From positions 1 to 64,000 of IMG/VR virus record IMGVR_UViG_3300032249_000861: a DNA stretch of 64,000 nt; one strand, 5' to 3'. Positions 35,284-45,200 of the stretch are shown here, piece by piece. Positions within the stretch are counted from its first letter, which is position 1, and each line of letters begins with the position of its first letter. The translations under genes and the position numbers were made by a program. This DNA comes from a virus. The notes beneath the pieces were generated by a model that was not told the origin of the DNA, did no database searches, and worked only from the letters and a program-made list of their open reading frames with translations.

Positions 35284-36027
35284 ATGATTAATACAAAATG
35301 TAAAGAGTGTATGTTTGCACACTCTAACGATAAAAATAATAGTAACCCAATATGTTCTAAAAATATAATAGAACAAATAAAAAATCTTAAAAAGATTACA
35401 CAAGAAGATGGATTTAATATAATAGAAAATTATGCTTGTAGATATGGTTTTTCTAAAGACATTTATGAAAAACACAAGGATAACTGGGATCCACAAGATT
35501 TCGAAAACAGATTACAAGAAAATAGTAAAATTAGATATTACTTATTATTAGACTGTTATGATCCTGATTTAAATTTTAACGATATTATACAAAAAATACC
35601 ACAGCTCAATATACCTCCTAAATCTGTATCTTTTATGTTTAGGAGCTTAAATTTTAGACCATTTATTCAAGAGCACCAAGATTTTTTGTTATCAAACTAT
35701 AAAGATATTCGTTGGAAAGCTCATAATTTTTTGGAAGAGATGCCCCTTGAAGGTGGAATCGATCACATTTTGTCAACCAATGCAAAAAATAATAATACAT
35801 CAATTTTTTTGGTGTATAATGCTAAAGATATCCAGTTTCTAGATAATGATATTCGTACCATTAACGATAATATGATTTTATATCAATCTCCAACGATAGC
35901 AGTAATTGATCGCAACAATAGCTTATATAGGTTAGCCATGTCTTTTGAAAATTATAAACTGGCTAAAACATTGGGTCCAGAATTGATTCCGGTACTAATC
36001 CAAGAAAGTGGTATCGTATACTATTAA
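35284..36027 (+). CDS. Hypothetical protein with an N-terminal Cys cluster
   Basis: CKECMFA...C...C; AT-rich. Confidence 0.6.
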   Translation: MINTKCKECMFAHSNDKNNSNPICSKNIIEQIKNLKKITQEDGFNIIENYACRYGFSKDIYEKHKDNWDPQDFENRLQENSKIRYYLLLDCYDPDLNFNDIIQKIPQLNIPPKSVSFMFRSLNFRPFIQEHQDFLLSNYKDIRWKAHNFLEEMPLEGGIDHILSTNAKNNNTSIFLVYNAKDIQFLDNDIRTINDNMILYQSPTIAVIDRNNSLYRLAMSFENYKLAKTLGPELIPVLIQESGIVYY

Positions 36028-36084
36028 TTTTATGTATCATTTGGTGTAAGTCTTAATACACGCACAATACAATGGGAGTTTCAA

Positions 36085-37338
36085 ATGTCTATTAATAACA
36101 GAGTTTACTACGCATCACAAGCAGTACAGTTAAGACCAACTAGTGCAGAAGGAACATCGTTTGGGTACTGGTATCACCCGTTAGCCGTTCAAAGTGTTGG
36201 CATGCAAACCAACTTTACTACTGAGCAAACTTTTCAATTAGGAACAGTAGAACTTTACGATAATGTTGAAACTATTCCAGAAGTAGAAGTAACCATTAAT
36301 AAGGTTATAGATAGTACAGCTCCTCTATATCTAATGTGCATGGGTGGAAGTGCTGGAATACCAGGAGCAGATAACAAGTCATTAGTATCATTATCAAATA
36401 ATAGAGTTCATTTCCGTTTAGGTATTTACGGCGATGATCAACAATACGTCACAGGATCTGCAAAATCTAGTGTTCTCTGTTCTGGTATGTACTTATCTAG
36501 TTTTAATTATACTTTTCCCGTTGATGGTAATGCTACAGAAGAAGTGACTTTAGTAGGCAATAGTAAATTGTGGAATACCGGAAATATTCCGGGAGTACAG
36601 TCTAATAACTTTGCTGCTGGTACAATGTTTGAACCAACTACTGTAGTTAATGGTATAAAGCCGTCAACAAGCAGTGGCATTGTAACTAGACAATATCTTA
36701 ACATTATTGACTCGGTTCTTCCTACTGGAGTGGGAGGAATTAGAACTCCTGACGGAACACATCAACTTCCTCACGTTCAAAATATTACAATTAGTGCTGA
36801 TCTTGGTCGCGAAACCATTAATCAATTAGGTAAATTTGGACCATATTGTCGCTATGCTACTTTCCCAATTGAGGTTACTAGCGAATTTGAAGTTATTGCT
36901 CAAGATGGTGATGGAGTAGATGCTAACGACTTTAAGACTGATGCGTTCTGTGGATCATTAAAGAAAAATTTACATAATAAAACAATCACTTTATCTGTAT
37001 GTGATAAAGAGAGCGGCAATAATGATAATAGTATGACTTTTAATTTGGGAGATAAAAATACATTAACATCAATTAATTATACCGGCGGAGATACTGGTGG
37101 TGGTAATGCCACAGTTTCATATAGCTTCAGAAATTTTAATACCTTTTCTATAACTGCTGTAGGAAAATATAAAAAGGGTATTGCTTTTGCTGATTCCAAT
37201 GGTGCCATATCTACGCAGTCAGTAGTTGTTGATAGTTCAAAACCAGTTGCTCTTGATAAGCCAAAATCAGTCGCTCTTGATAATTCAGAGCCAGTACCAT
37301 ATTTAGATTATAATTCTGGAGATAACAACAATGTCTAA
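36085..37338 (+). CDS. Major tail tube protein, paralogue 1
   Basis: Shares NRxFY, QSVG, PEVEVT, MYLSS..YTFPVDGNATEE, FPxEVTSEFE and LTSxNYTGGDTxGGN with the next two genes. Confidence 0.7.
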   Translation: MSINNRVYYASQAVQLRPTSAEGTSFGYWYHPLAVQSVGMQTNFTTEQTFQLGTVELYDNVETIPEVEVTINKVIDSTAPLYLMCMGGSAGIPGADNKSLVSLSNNRVHFRLGIYGDDQQYVTGSAKSSVLCSGMYLSSFNYTFPVDGNATEEVTLVGNSKLWNTGNIPGVQSNNFAAGTMFEPTTVVNGIKPSTSSGIVTRQYLNIIDSVLPTGVGGIRTPDGTHQLPHVQNITISADLGRETINQLGKFGPYCRYATFPIEVTSEFEVIAQDGDGVDANDFKTDAFCGSLKKNLHNKTITLSVCDKESGNNDNSMTFNLGDKNTLTSINYTGGDTGGGNATVSYSFRNFNTFSITAVGKYKKGIAFADSNGAISTQSVVVDSSKPVALDKPKSVALDNSEPVPYLDYNSGDNNNV

Positions 37339-38560
37339 TAAAAGAATTTTTTATGCTTCACAAAGTATCAACATTCAGCCAGTTTCAACGGGTACTGCTG
37401 ATCCGATAAACTACAGAGACCCTACTCATTATACTCAGTTTGGAAACGGAAGTAGTTGGGTGGTTCCACTGGGTTTACAAAGTGCTGGTGTTTCAACAAC
37501 ATTCAACTCTGAGCCAGTATCTCAACTTGGTACTCTTCAGGTTTATTCTCAAACAGAAACTTCTCCAGAAGTTGAAGTTACTTTGTCAAAAGTACTAGAT
37601 GGAACAGCTCCATTATATTCTATTTGCACAGCCAAAGTTAATGAGAGCGATACTAGTGAATTAAAGTCAATTAATGCAGATATTACCGAAGTGTCGTCTA
37701 ATATGGTTAATGTTCGCATAGCAGTAACCAAGGATACAGGAGCAGCAGCAACCGGTACTGCCAACTACTATACTCTTTGTGAAAGAATGTACTTATCTAG
37801 TGTTTCTTTTACTTTTCCTGTTGATGGAAATGCTACAGAAGAAATCACATTAGTTGGAACTAATAAGTCATGGAATAGTGGCCCATTAACTCTACCAGGA
37901 GATAATAATGGTACTCCTTATGGAACTGGTACAGAGGCTGTTGTAAGTAGGCAGTATATTTCAGTTACGGGAACAGATACAGCTGCCACTCGTGATAGTA
38001 ATGGAAAAATAAGCGTAAATCCAGCGAACAGTATTCTTCCAACCAGATTGCCTAAATATATTATTAATGGAGTTAGTCAACCTCATTTACAAAATATTAC
38101 AATTAATGCTAATTTTAATCGTGAAAATATTAATGAGCTGGGTTTCTTTGGTCCATACTATAAGTATACCAGCTTCCCTCTTGAGGTGACTAGTGAATTT
38201 GAGGTTATTGCTGTTAGTGGAGATCTAGTATCCGCTAATGATTTTGAATATAAAGATAACGAAGGTAATGACATGACCACTTTTAGCTGCACAACTAAAT
38301 ATGATAATGTTAAGGATGAAGAAATTGTAGTTAAAGTTTGTGGTAATATAGCTGGTAGTAATCTCTATCTTGATCTTGGCAAAAAGAATAAATTAACATC
38401 TGTTAACTATACTGGTGGAGATACTGGTGGCGGTAATGCTACTGTAACTTATAGTTATCAAACATTTAATAAGTTTAATGTAATTCCAGAAGGATCATAC
38501 GCTGACTATGTGACCCATGACGGAACATCCTCATCAACAGAGACACTGGCAAATTACTAA
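37331..38560 (+). CDS. Major tail tube protein, paralogue 2
   Basis: Same motif set as paralogue 1. Confidence 0.7.
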   Translation: MSNKRIFYASQSINIQPVSTGTADPINYRDPTHYTQFGNGSSWVVPLGLQSAGVSTTFNSEPVSQLGTLQVYSQTETSPEVEVTLSKVLDGTAPLYSICTAKVNESDTSELKSINADITEVSSNMVNVRIAVTKDTGAAATGTANYYTLCERMYLSSVSFTFPVDGNATEEITLVGTNKSWNSGPLTLPGDNNGTPYGTGTEAVVSRQYISVTGTDTAATRDSNGKISVNPANSILPTRLPKYIINGVSQPHLQNITINANFNRENINELGFFGPYYKYTSFPLEVTSEFEVIAVSGDLVSANDFEYKDNEGNDMTTFSCTTKYDNVKDEEIVVKVCGNIAGSNLYLDLGKKNKLTSVNYTGGDTGGGNATVTYSYQTFNKFNVIPEGSYADYVTHDGTSSSTETLANY

Positions 38561-38583
38561 TTCATAAATATAGGAGATTTTAA

Positions 38584-39675
38584 ATGGCCAATAATAATAG
38601 AGTTTTTTACGGTTCTCAGGTAGCCCAACTAAAGCCAGCCACTACTGGCAATAACTATAGCGCTTGGTATCAACCTCTAGGCGTACAAAGTGTTGGATTT
38701 AATACCACTTTTGAAACAGAGCAAGCGTTTCAGTTAGGGGCTCTAGATATTTATGCCATTTCAGAAAATGTTCCTAATGTAGAAACAACAATGTCTAAGG
38801 TTCTTGATGGAACATGTCCACTATATTTAATGTGCATGGGCGGGGAGAACGGCATTAGTGGCGCAAACCTAACAGATTTCTCAGATGACCAAAAGAATAA
38901 TAAGGGGCTTGGTGCTTTAGCTAATAATACTGTTACTTTTAGACTTGGTATATATAATGATACAAAATCCAATGTTGCTGGAGAAACTAGCGACTGGGTT
39001 CAATGTTCTGGTATGTACTTATCAAGTTTAAACTACACCTTCCCTGTTGATGGTAATGCTACAGAAGAAATAACTTTAGTTGGAAACAACAAAAGATGGA
39101 GTCAGAATAATGCAGGCACTATGGGTAATATGACTGCTGTTGCCCCAACAGGAGAATATGCCATAGCCAAAAAACTAGCTCGTCGTCAATTTATTAATGT
39201 AAATGGTTCTACTATGCCTACTGGTAGTGGCGGTCTGCCGACCGGCGTAGCAACCAATGTTGACTTACATTTACAAAATGTTACCATTAGTGCTGATCTT
39301 GGAAGAGATCAAATTAATGAGTTAGGATCATTTGCTCCCTATCACCGCTACGCAACATTTCCTGTAGAAGTTACTAGCGAATTTGAAATGATTGCTACAG
39401 AAGGAGATTGGATTAGTGCTAATGACTTTTTATTCCAAAGCGGATGTGGAGTTAATTACACAAATACTGAGTCTCTACCAATTCAACTGCAAGTATGTGG
39501 CAGTGGTGACGCTACTTTAGAGATTTTCCTTGGTAGTGGTAATCAATTAACTTCCGTTAATTATACTGGGGGAGATACTAGTGGTGGAAACGTATCAGTA
39601 ACATATAGTTTCAGAAATTATAATGATTTCTATATGAAGGCTTCTGGTACATATGCTAGTGTTCCTTCGTTATAA
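38584..39675 (+). CDS. Major tail tube protein, paralogue 3
   Basis: Same motif set; strongest RBS (AGGAG). Confidence 0.7.
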   Translation: MANNNRVFYGSQVAQLKPATTGNNYSAWYQPLGVQSVGFNTTFETEQAFQLGALDIYAISENVPNVETTMSKVLDGTCPLYLMCMGGENGISGANLTDFSDDQKNNKGLGALANNTVTFRLGIYNDTKSNVAGETSDWVQCSGMYLSSLNYTFPVDGNATEEITLVGNNKRWSQNNAGTMGNMTAVAPTGEYAIAKKLARRQFINVNGSTMPTGSGGLPTGVATNVDLHLQNVTISADLGRDQINELGSFAPYHRYATFPVEVTSEFEMIATEGDWISANDFLFQSGCGVNYTNTESLPIQLQVCGSGDATLEIFLGSGNQLTSVNYTGGDTSGGNVSVTYSFRNYNDFYMKASGTYASVPSL

Positions 39676-39747
39676 GATTGGTTTACTATAGAAAAGTAGA
39701 TTGTTGATTTATCAAAGAGACTAAAGGACCAATAAAAGGACACAGGA

Positions 39748-39921
39748 ATGGAAGAGCTATATAATATAGTCGGTCGGTTATATGTCGATATACTTCATGC
39801 TCAGAAGTATGTTGAAAGCATACAAAATCAATTAAAAGACAAAGACACAGAGATCATATTACTAAAATCAAAATTAGTAGGTTTACCAAAAGATAAGGAC
39901 AAAAATGCTGAATCGGTATGA
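39748..39921 (+). CDS. Small coiled-coil protein, 57 aa (MEELYNIVGRLYVDI...)
   Basis: Manual translation; AGGA RBS; ATGA overlap with 39918. Confidence 0.55.
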   Translation: MEELYNIVGRLYVDILHAQKYVESIQNQLKDKDTEIILLKSKLVGLPKDKDKNAESV

Positions 39922-40928
39922 GTCAGGAACTAGAACAATTTATATATCGTATTATAAGTGCTAAATTATTATTTACCTATAATAACAAAACATATGTTCT
40001 TGTTTCTACTAAACCGATAACTAAATATAGAGCTAATTTATTATATATTTCTATCTTAAATGATGAAAAATATGATGAGTGGATAAGGGCTGAAAATTTG
40101 GACAGATACATGATGTTTCTAGAAGTTTGGAATAGTGATATGTCTAGTTTTATGGAAAAATCAGAGAAACAGATAGAAGACTTAAAAATATCACTTTATA
40201 ATAACAGACTGAATAGTAAGATGACAACGAAAACAAGAAATCAACTAGCACATTTAAGAAAAAGAATATCTGATCTTCAACTTATAAAACAAACATATTA
40301 TGCTCAAACCTTGGAAGGATATGCAGAGAGTATAAAATACGAATATATTATTACGAATACATTATTTCATAATAAAAAAAGAGTGTTTAAAAAATTTGGA
40401 TCAGTACAAACATCATATCAAGAATTTACATCAGTAGTGTCAGAGATAAATAAATATGCACTACAAACATCGGATTACAGAAGAATTGCAAGATCAGATT
40501 TATGGAGATCTTTTTGGACTATAGATAAGACTAACATCTTCCCTGGACCAGTTTCATTATGGACAGAAGAACAACGAACATTGGCAGGATATAGTTCCAT
40601 GTATGATAGTGTATACGAACATCCCGAAAAACCTAATGATTCTGTAATTGATGATGATGATATGCTTGATGGTTGGATGATTAGTCAACGTAGAGCAATA
40701 GAAAAGAGTAAACAACAAGAGTCTATACTCAAGAGCAATTCCAAGCTTGGTAAAGCACAAGAAGTATTTATCTTTACCGATAATGAGCAAGGAATTAAAG
40801 AGGTTATGAGTATGAACTCCGATGAAGCTAACCTAGCCATTGCACAACGATCTAATATACTAAATAATACGCAATCAATAGATCATGCTCGCTTGCCAGA
40901 CGTTCAAAAAGATTTACTAAATAAATAG
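39918..40928 (+). CDS. Hypothetical protein, possible tail assembly chaperone
   Basis: YDSVYEHPEKPNDSVIDDDDMLDGW; between tube and TMP genes. Confidence 0.55.
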   Translation: MSQELEQFIYRIISAKLLFTYNNKTYVLVSTKPITKYRANLLYISILNDEKYDEWIRAENLDRYMMFLEVWNSDMSSFMEKSEKQIEDLKISLYNNRLNSKMTTKTRNQLAHLRKRISDLQLIKQTYYAQTLEGYAESIKYEYIITNTLFHNKKRVFKKFGSVQTSYQEFTSVVSEINKYALQTSDYRRIARSDLWRSFWTIDKTNIFPGPVSLWTEEQRTLAGYSSMYDSVYEHPEKPNDSVIDDDDMLDGWMISQRRAIEKSKQQESILKSNSKLGKAQEVFIFTDNEQGIKEVMSMNSDEANLAIAQRSNILNNTQSIDHARLPDVQKDLLNK

Positions 40929-40938
40929 GATACAATAT

Positions 40939-41226
40939 ATGTCAAATTATCAACAACTACTCTACGACGTAGAAACAAAATTTAAAACAACAATGATTGG
41001 CTCATTGGCCAGATTTGAAGAAACATTTGGTCACTTATGGGAAGAAGAAGGGCCTGATCAACAGGAATATTTAGAATCTTGGGAATATACTCGAAATGCT
41101 ATTCTAAACAATGGAAACAAGCAAATGAGAGCAGCTTTGGATGATTTATCAGATGCTTTATTGGGGTCATATAAAACAAAATATACTTATAAGTTCAACA
41201 ACAGGAATAATGGAGATAAACAATGA
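40939..41226 (+). CDS. Hypothetical protein
   Basis: ORF track. Confidence 0.6.
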   Translation: MSNYQQLLYDVETKFKTTMIGSLARFEETFGHLWEEEGPDQQEYLESWEYTRNAILNNGNKQMRAALDDLSDALLGSYKTKYTYKFNNRNNGDKQ

Positions 41227-42131
41227 AGACAAAGACTTTCAAAGCTACTATTGACGGTAAGGAAAGAGAATTTTTAGTTAAGACACCTTCTTTGACCGAT
41301 CAAAGAGAAGGACAAAAGGTTTATAACCAAGCTTTTACAGACGCTATTAAGAGCAAGAGTGTTGTTAGGGCTAAATTGGATGATCTATTAGAAGATCAAG
41401 GACTATGGAATGATGAGAAACAGGCTAAGTTCACAGCACTACAAAGAGAACTATTAGACGGCGAGAAAAAGCTAGCTAAGGGCGGGTTTAGTTTAAACGA
41501 AGCCAAAGACCTTGCTATTAAAATGAAGGGCGTGAGAGACGAAATCAGAGATCTAATCAGTGTTAGAACTTCTTTGGACAATCATAGTGCTGAAGGTCAA
41601 GCTGATAATGCTAGATTTAATTATCTTGTATCAGTATGTGTGGTGTATAGTGATAACAAAGAGCCATATTTTAGGAATATGGAAGATTATTTAAATCGAG
41701 CTACTGAAGAAGTTTCTTTATTGGGTGCTCAGAATTTGGCTAATATGATTTACGGATTGGATAATGACTATGAGACTAATTTGCCTGAAAATAAGTTTTT
41801 GAAAAAGTATAGGTTTGTTGATGACAAACTAAGACTAATTGACAAAAAGGGTAGATTAGTAGATGGTGATGGTAGACTAATTGATAGCAGTGGCAGATTT
41901 ATTGATGAAGAAGGCAATTTTGTTGATAAATATGGCAATAAGGTTACTTCAGACGGAGATTATATTGTTGAGCCACAACCGTTTTTGGACGACAATGGAA
42001 ATCCAGTTGTTCTAGAGGAAGAGAAAAAAGATGCACCAGCAAACACTGAGACACCACCAACACCTCTCCCAGTACAACCAGCAGCACCAGCACCAGAGGC
42101 TCAACCGCCAACTCCTCCAACTAATAGTTAG
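41223..42131 (+). CDS. Probable tail assembly chaperone
   Basis: Directly upstream of the TMP; GRL(I/V)D repeats; Pro-rich tail. Confidence 0.55.
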   Translation: MKTKTFKATIDGKEREFLVKTPSLTDQREGQKVYNQAFTDAIKSKSVVRAKLDDLLEDQGLWNDEKQAKFTALQRELLDGEKKLAKGGFSLNEAKDLAIKMKGVRDEIRDLISVRTSLDNHSAEGQADNARFNYLVSVCVVYSDNKEPYFRNMEDYLNRATEEVSLLGAQNLANMIYGLDNDYETNLPENKFLKKYRFVDDKLRLIDKKGRLVDGDGRLIDSSGRFIDEEGNFVDKYGNKVTSDGDYIVEPQPFLDDNGNPVVLEEEKKDAPANTETPPTPLPVQPAAPAPEAQPPTPPTNS

Positions 42132-42156
42132 TGTTTTTTGTTTTATCTTGATTCCT

Positions 42157-42203
42157 AAAAGTATTCCCTGCTCAGACATTGTTTTGGGCCGGGAATATTT
42201 TTT
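42157..42203 (+). terminator. Long hairpin/terminator upstream of the TMP
   Basis: AAAAGTATTCCC...GGGAATATTTT with an inner stem, followed by T's. Confidence 0.6.
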
Positions 42204-42242
42204 ATTATTACCAATATCCATCTAACTTAATAATATAATTTT

Positions 42243-45200
42243 ATGGCTACAGCTTTTAATTTGACAGCACAACTTAATTTACGCGGTCCAAATAATGTTA
42301 ACAAGATTGTTGCAGACATTAAAAAGCAACTAACTGGTATAACTGCTAATGTTAATTTAAAACTAGACCCTAACGTTGCTAAAAATGTTAAAGCTATTGA
42401 TTATTCGCTAAAATCATTAAATGCTACATTATCTAAAACAACTACAAATGCTGGTTCCGCAGCAGCTGCTATAGCCGCTTTTGGTAAAGCTGTTAATGCT
42501 ATTAGTATAAAAAATGTATCGCCGCAAATTAATGCTGCTGTAGCCAGCATGAATAAGCTAAATAAGTCAAGCAGCAATGTTTCTCAGTCATTAACTGAAT
42601 CAGCAACAGAAATGCAAGAGTTTGGAAAACAAGCAGGATTAGCTATTAGACGTTTTGCGGCATTTAGTGCTGTTACTGGAGTTATCTATAGTTTAAGTAA
42701 TAGTATTACTCAAGGAATTCAAGCATATATAGATTATGATAAAGAACTAGTTCGTTTACAACAAGTTACAGGCGAGACCGCTGGAGGTCTACAATTACTA
42801 CAAGACTCAATTTCTCAACTAGCAACAGGTTTCGGCGTTAGCTCAAAAGAATTAACAACAGTATCAGTTACACTAGCACAGGCCGGTTTAAGTGCTAAAG
42901 ATACCGAAAGAGCCTTAAGAGCACTAGCATTAAGTTCATTGGCCCCATCGTTCGATGATATGAATGAAACTGTAGAAGGTTCTATTGCTTTGATGAGACA
43001 GTTTGGAATTAGTGCTGGACAACTAGAACCAGCTTTAGGTTCCATCAATGCTGTTGCTGCTGCGTTTGCTGTAGAAGCCGATGACTTAATTACTGCTATT
43101 CAACGTACCGGTGGTGTATTCGCCACTGCTAGTAAAGGCGTTAGTGAGGGAACAGATGCTCTTAATGAGTTCATTGCTGTATTTACTAGTGTTAGAGCAA
43201 CTACTCGTGAAAGCGCAGAAACTATTGCTACTGGTTTACGTACTATTTTTACACGTATTCAACGAGGAAGCACCATTGATGCTCTCAAAGAATTCGGCGT
43301 TACTTTAACAGACTCAGAAGGTAAATTTGTTGGAGCGTATAAAGCTGTTCAGTTATTAAGTGAAGGACTGTCTAAAATAGACACAAGAGATATTAAATTC
43401 TCTAGAATAGTAGAAGAGCTTGGTGGTTTTAGACAGATTGGTAAGGTTATTCCTCTTATTCAACAATTCTCTGTTGCACAAAATGCTCTTAAGATAGCTC
43501 AAACAGGACAATCTTCTTTGGCTAAAGACGCATCAACAGCGCAACTATCATTAGCAAATCAAATTCAAAAAGTTCGTGAAGAATTCTTCGCACTATTCCG
43601 TGAAATTGGACAAAGTAAAGGATTCCAGTCATTGCTTACTGGGGTATTAACATTAACAAGAGGTCTAATTAAGCTTGCTGATGTCTCTAAGAGCCTACTT
43701 CCTGCATTAAGTGTTGTACTAGCGTTTAAAGGAGCTAGTGCTTTAACTCAGTTTGCTAGTGGTTTCAGTAAAGGCTTTAGACCTGGCGGCGGCAAACCAG
43801 AAAAAGAAAGACCGCGATTTGCAGATGGTGGACAAGTTAGATACTATGCTAAGGGAGGACATGTTGCTGGTAGTGGAAATTCTGATACGATACCCGCCAT
43901 GCTAACTCCTGGCGAGTTTGTCATAAATAAAAAAGCCGCACGAGCTGTCGGCTCTAAGAATTTAAATAGGATTAATAGATATGCTTCTGGTGGTAAAGTT
44001 AAAGATTTAGTTAATGATCCTAATGGTAAAAAATCTCTTAAAAAGGTCTATGATATAAATAAAGATTTTGATAGTTATGAAGATCCTACAATAGATAGAG
44101 TAGACCTCGACAAAACATATGATCAGTATACACAACAATCTAAACAGATTTGGTTAGAGGCTAATAAAAAATACAAACAAGATTTAGCTCAAGGATACAA
44201 ACCCCAAAAAGGAGACGTCCCCCAATTAGCAAATGCATATATAAAAAGAGAAACTGGTGGACTAGCTCAGAATCTTGGATTCAAAGAACTAAGAGAGCCT
44301 CAGACGGCTAAAAAATTAAATAAAATTCGTGGAGCTTTAGCTGAAAATGAAGTTAAGAAAAGATATAAATTAGGAAATCCTCTCGCTTTACAAGATGGGG
44401 CTGATTTTTATGATGCTAAAAATGACAGATTCGTAGAAATCAAAAATCAGAAAAAACAATTAAAAGATTCTACTCTGATATCAAAAACATTGCTAGCATT
44501 TGCTGCGAGAAAAGGAAACAAGTTAAATAATCAACCAGATTATGTTCCTAGTTTAAAAATTCTTGCTGTTGAAGCTCCAAGCCCAGACAAATATGATGAA
44601 TTTGAAGAAAAAAAACTTGGCGGACCAATTAATAAAAGAGTTAAACAAGCTGTTGACTTCAAGAACCTGCACAAGATTAATGGGTATGCTAAAGGTGGGC
44701 CTATTGCAGCAAATATTACTGATACTACAACAAGCGATGGAGATACATTAAATGTAAATTTTACACCAGAACAAAAACCATTTAATACTTTGAGCAGATT
44801 AGAAAATTGGGATGCTTTTGAAACAGATGATGTTCAAGGTTTCAAAATACCCGAATGGCAAAGAAAATTGGGTAGAGCGGCAGCGAAGGTTACTTCTGAA
44901 GAATACAATAAACAAGATGACAAAGCTTTGAAAGCGTTTAGGTCGTCAAACGGAGCTATGGATAATTATGGTCGCCCAATGTTTAAAGATGATAATTTGG
45001 GGTCAAAATTAAAAAACTTAGGATTAGCTATGCCATATAAAGGTAAAGGCAAAGCTCCTACCAAACAGCTATCAACATGGGGAGACTATAGAAATATTTT
45101 TGGATATGCTCCTTCACAAGCACCAGGATTACAAGGAGAAGAGATATCAGAAGATAAGGCTGTAAAAAAAGCTTTGGGAGGAATGATTCAAAAGTTTGAA

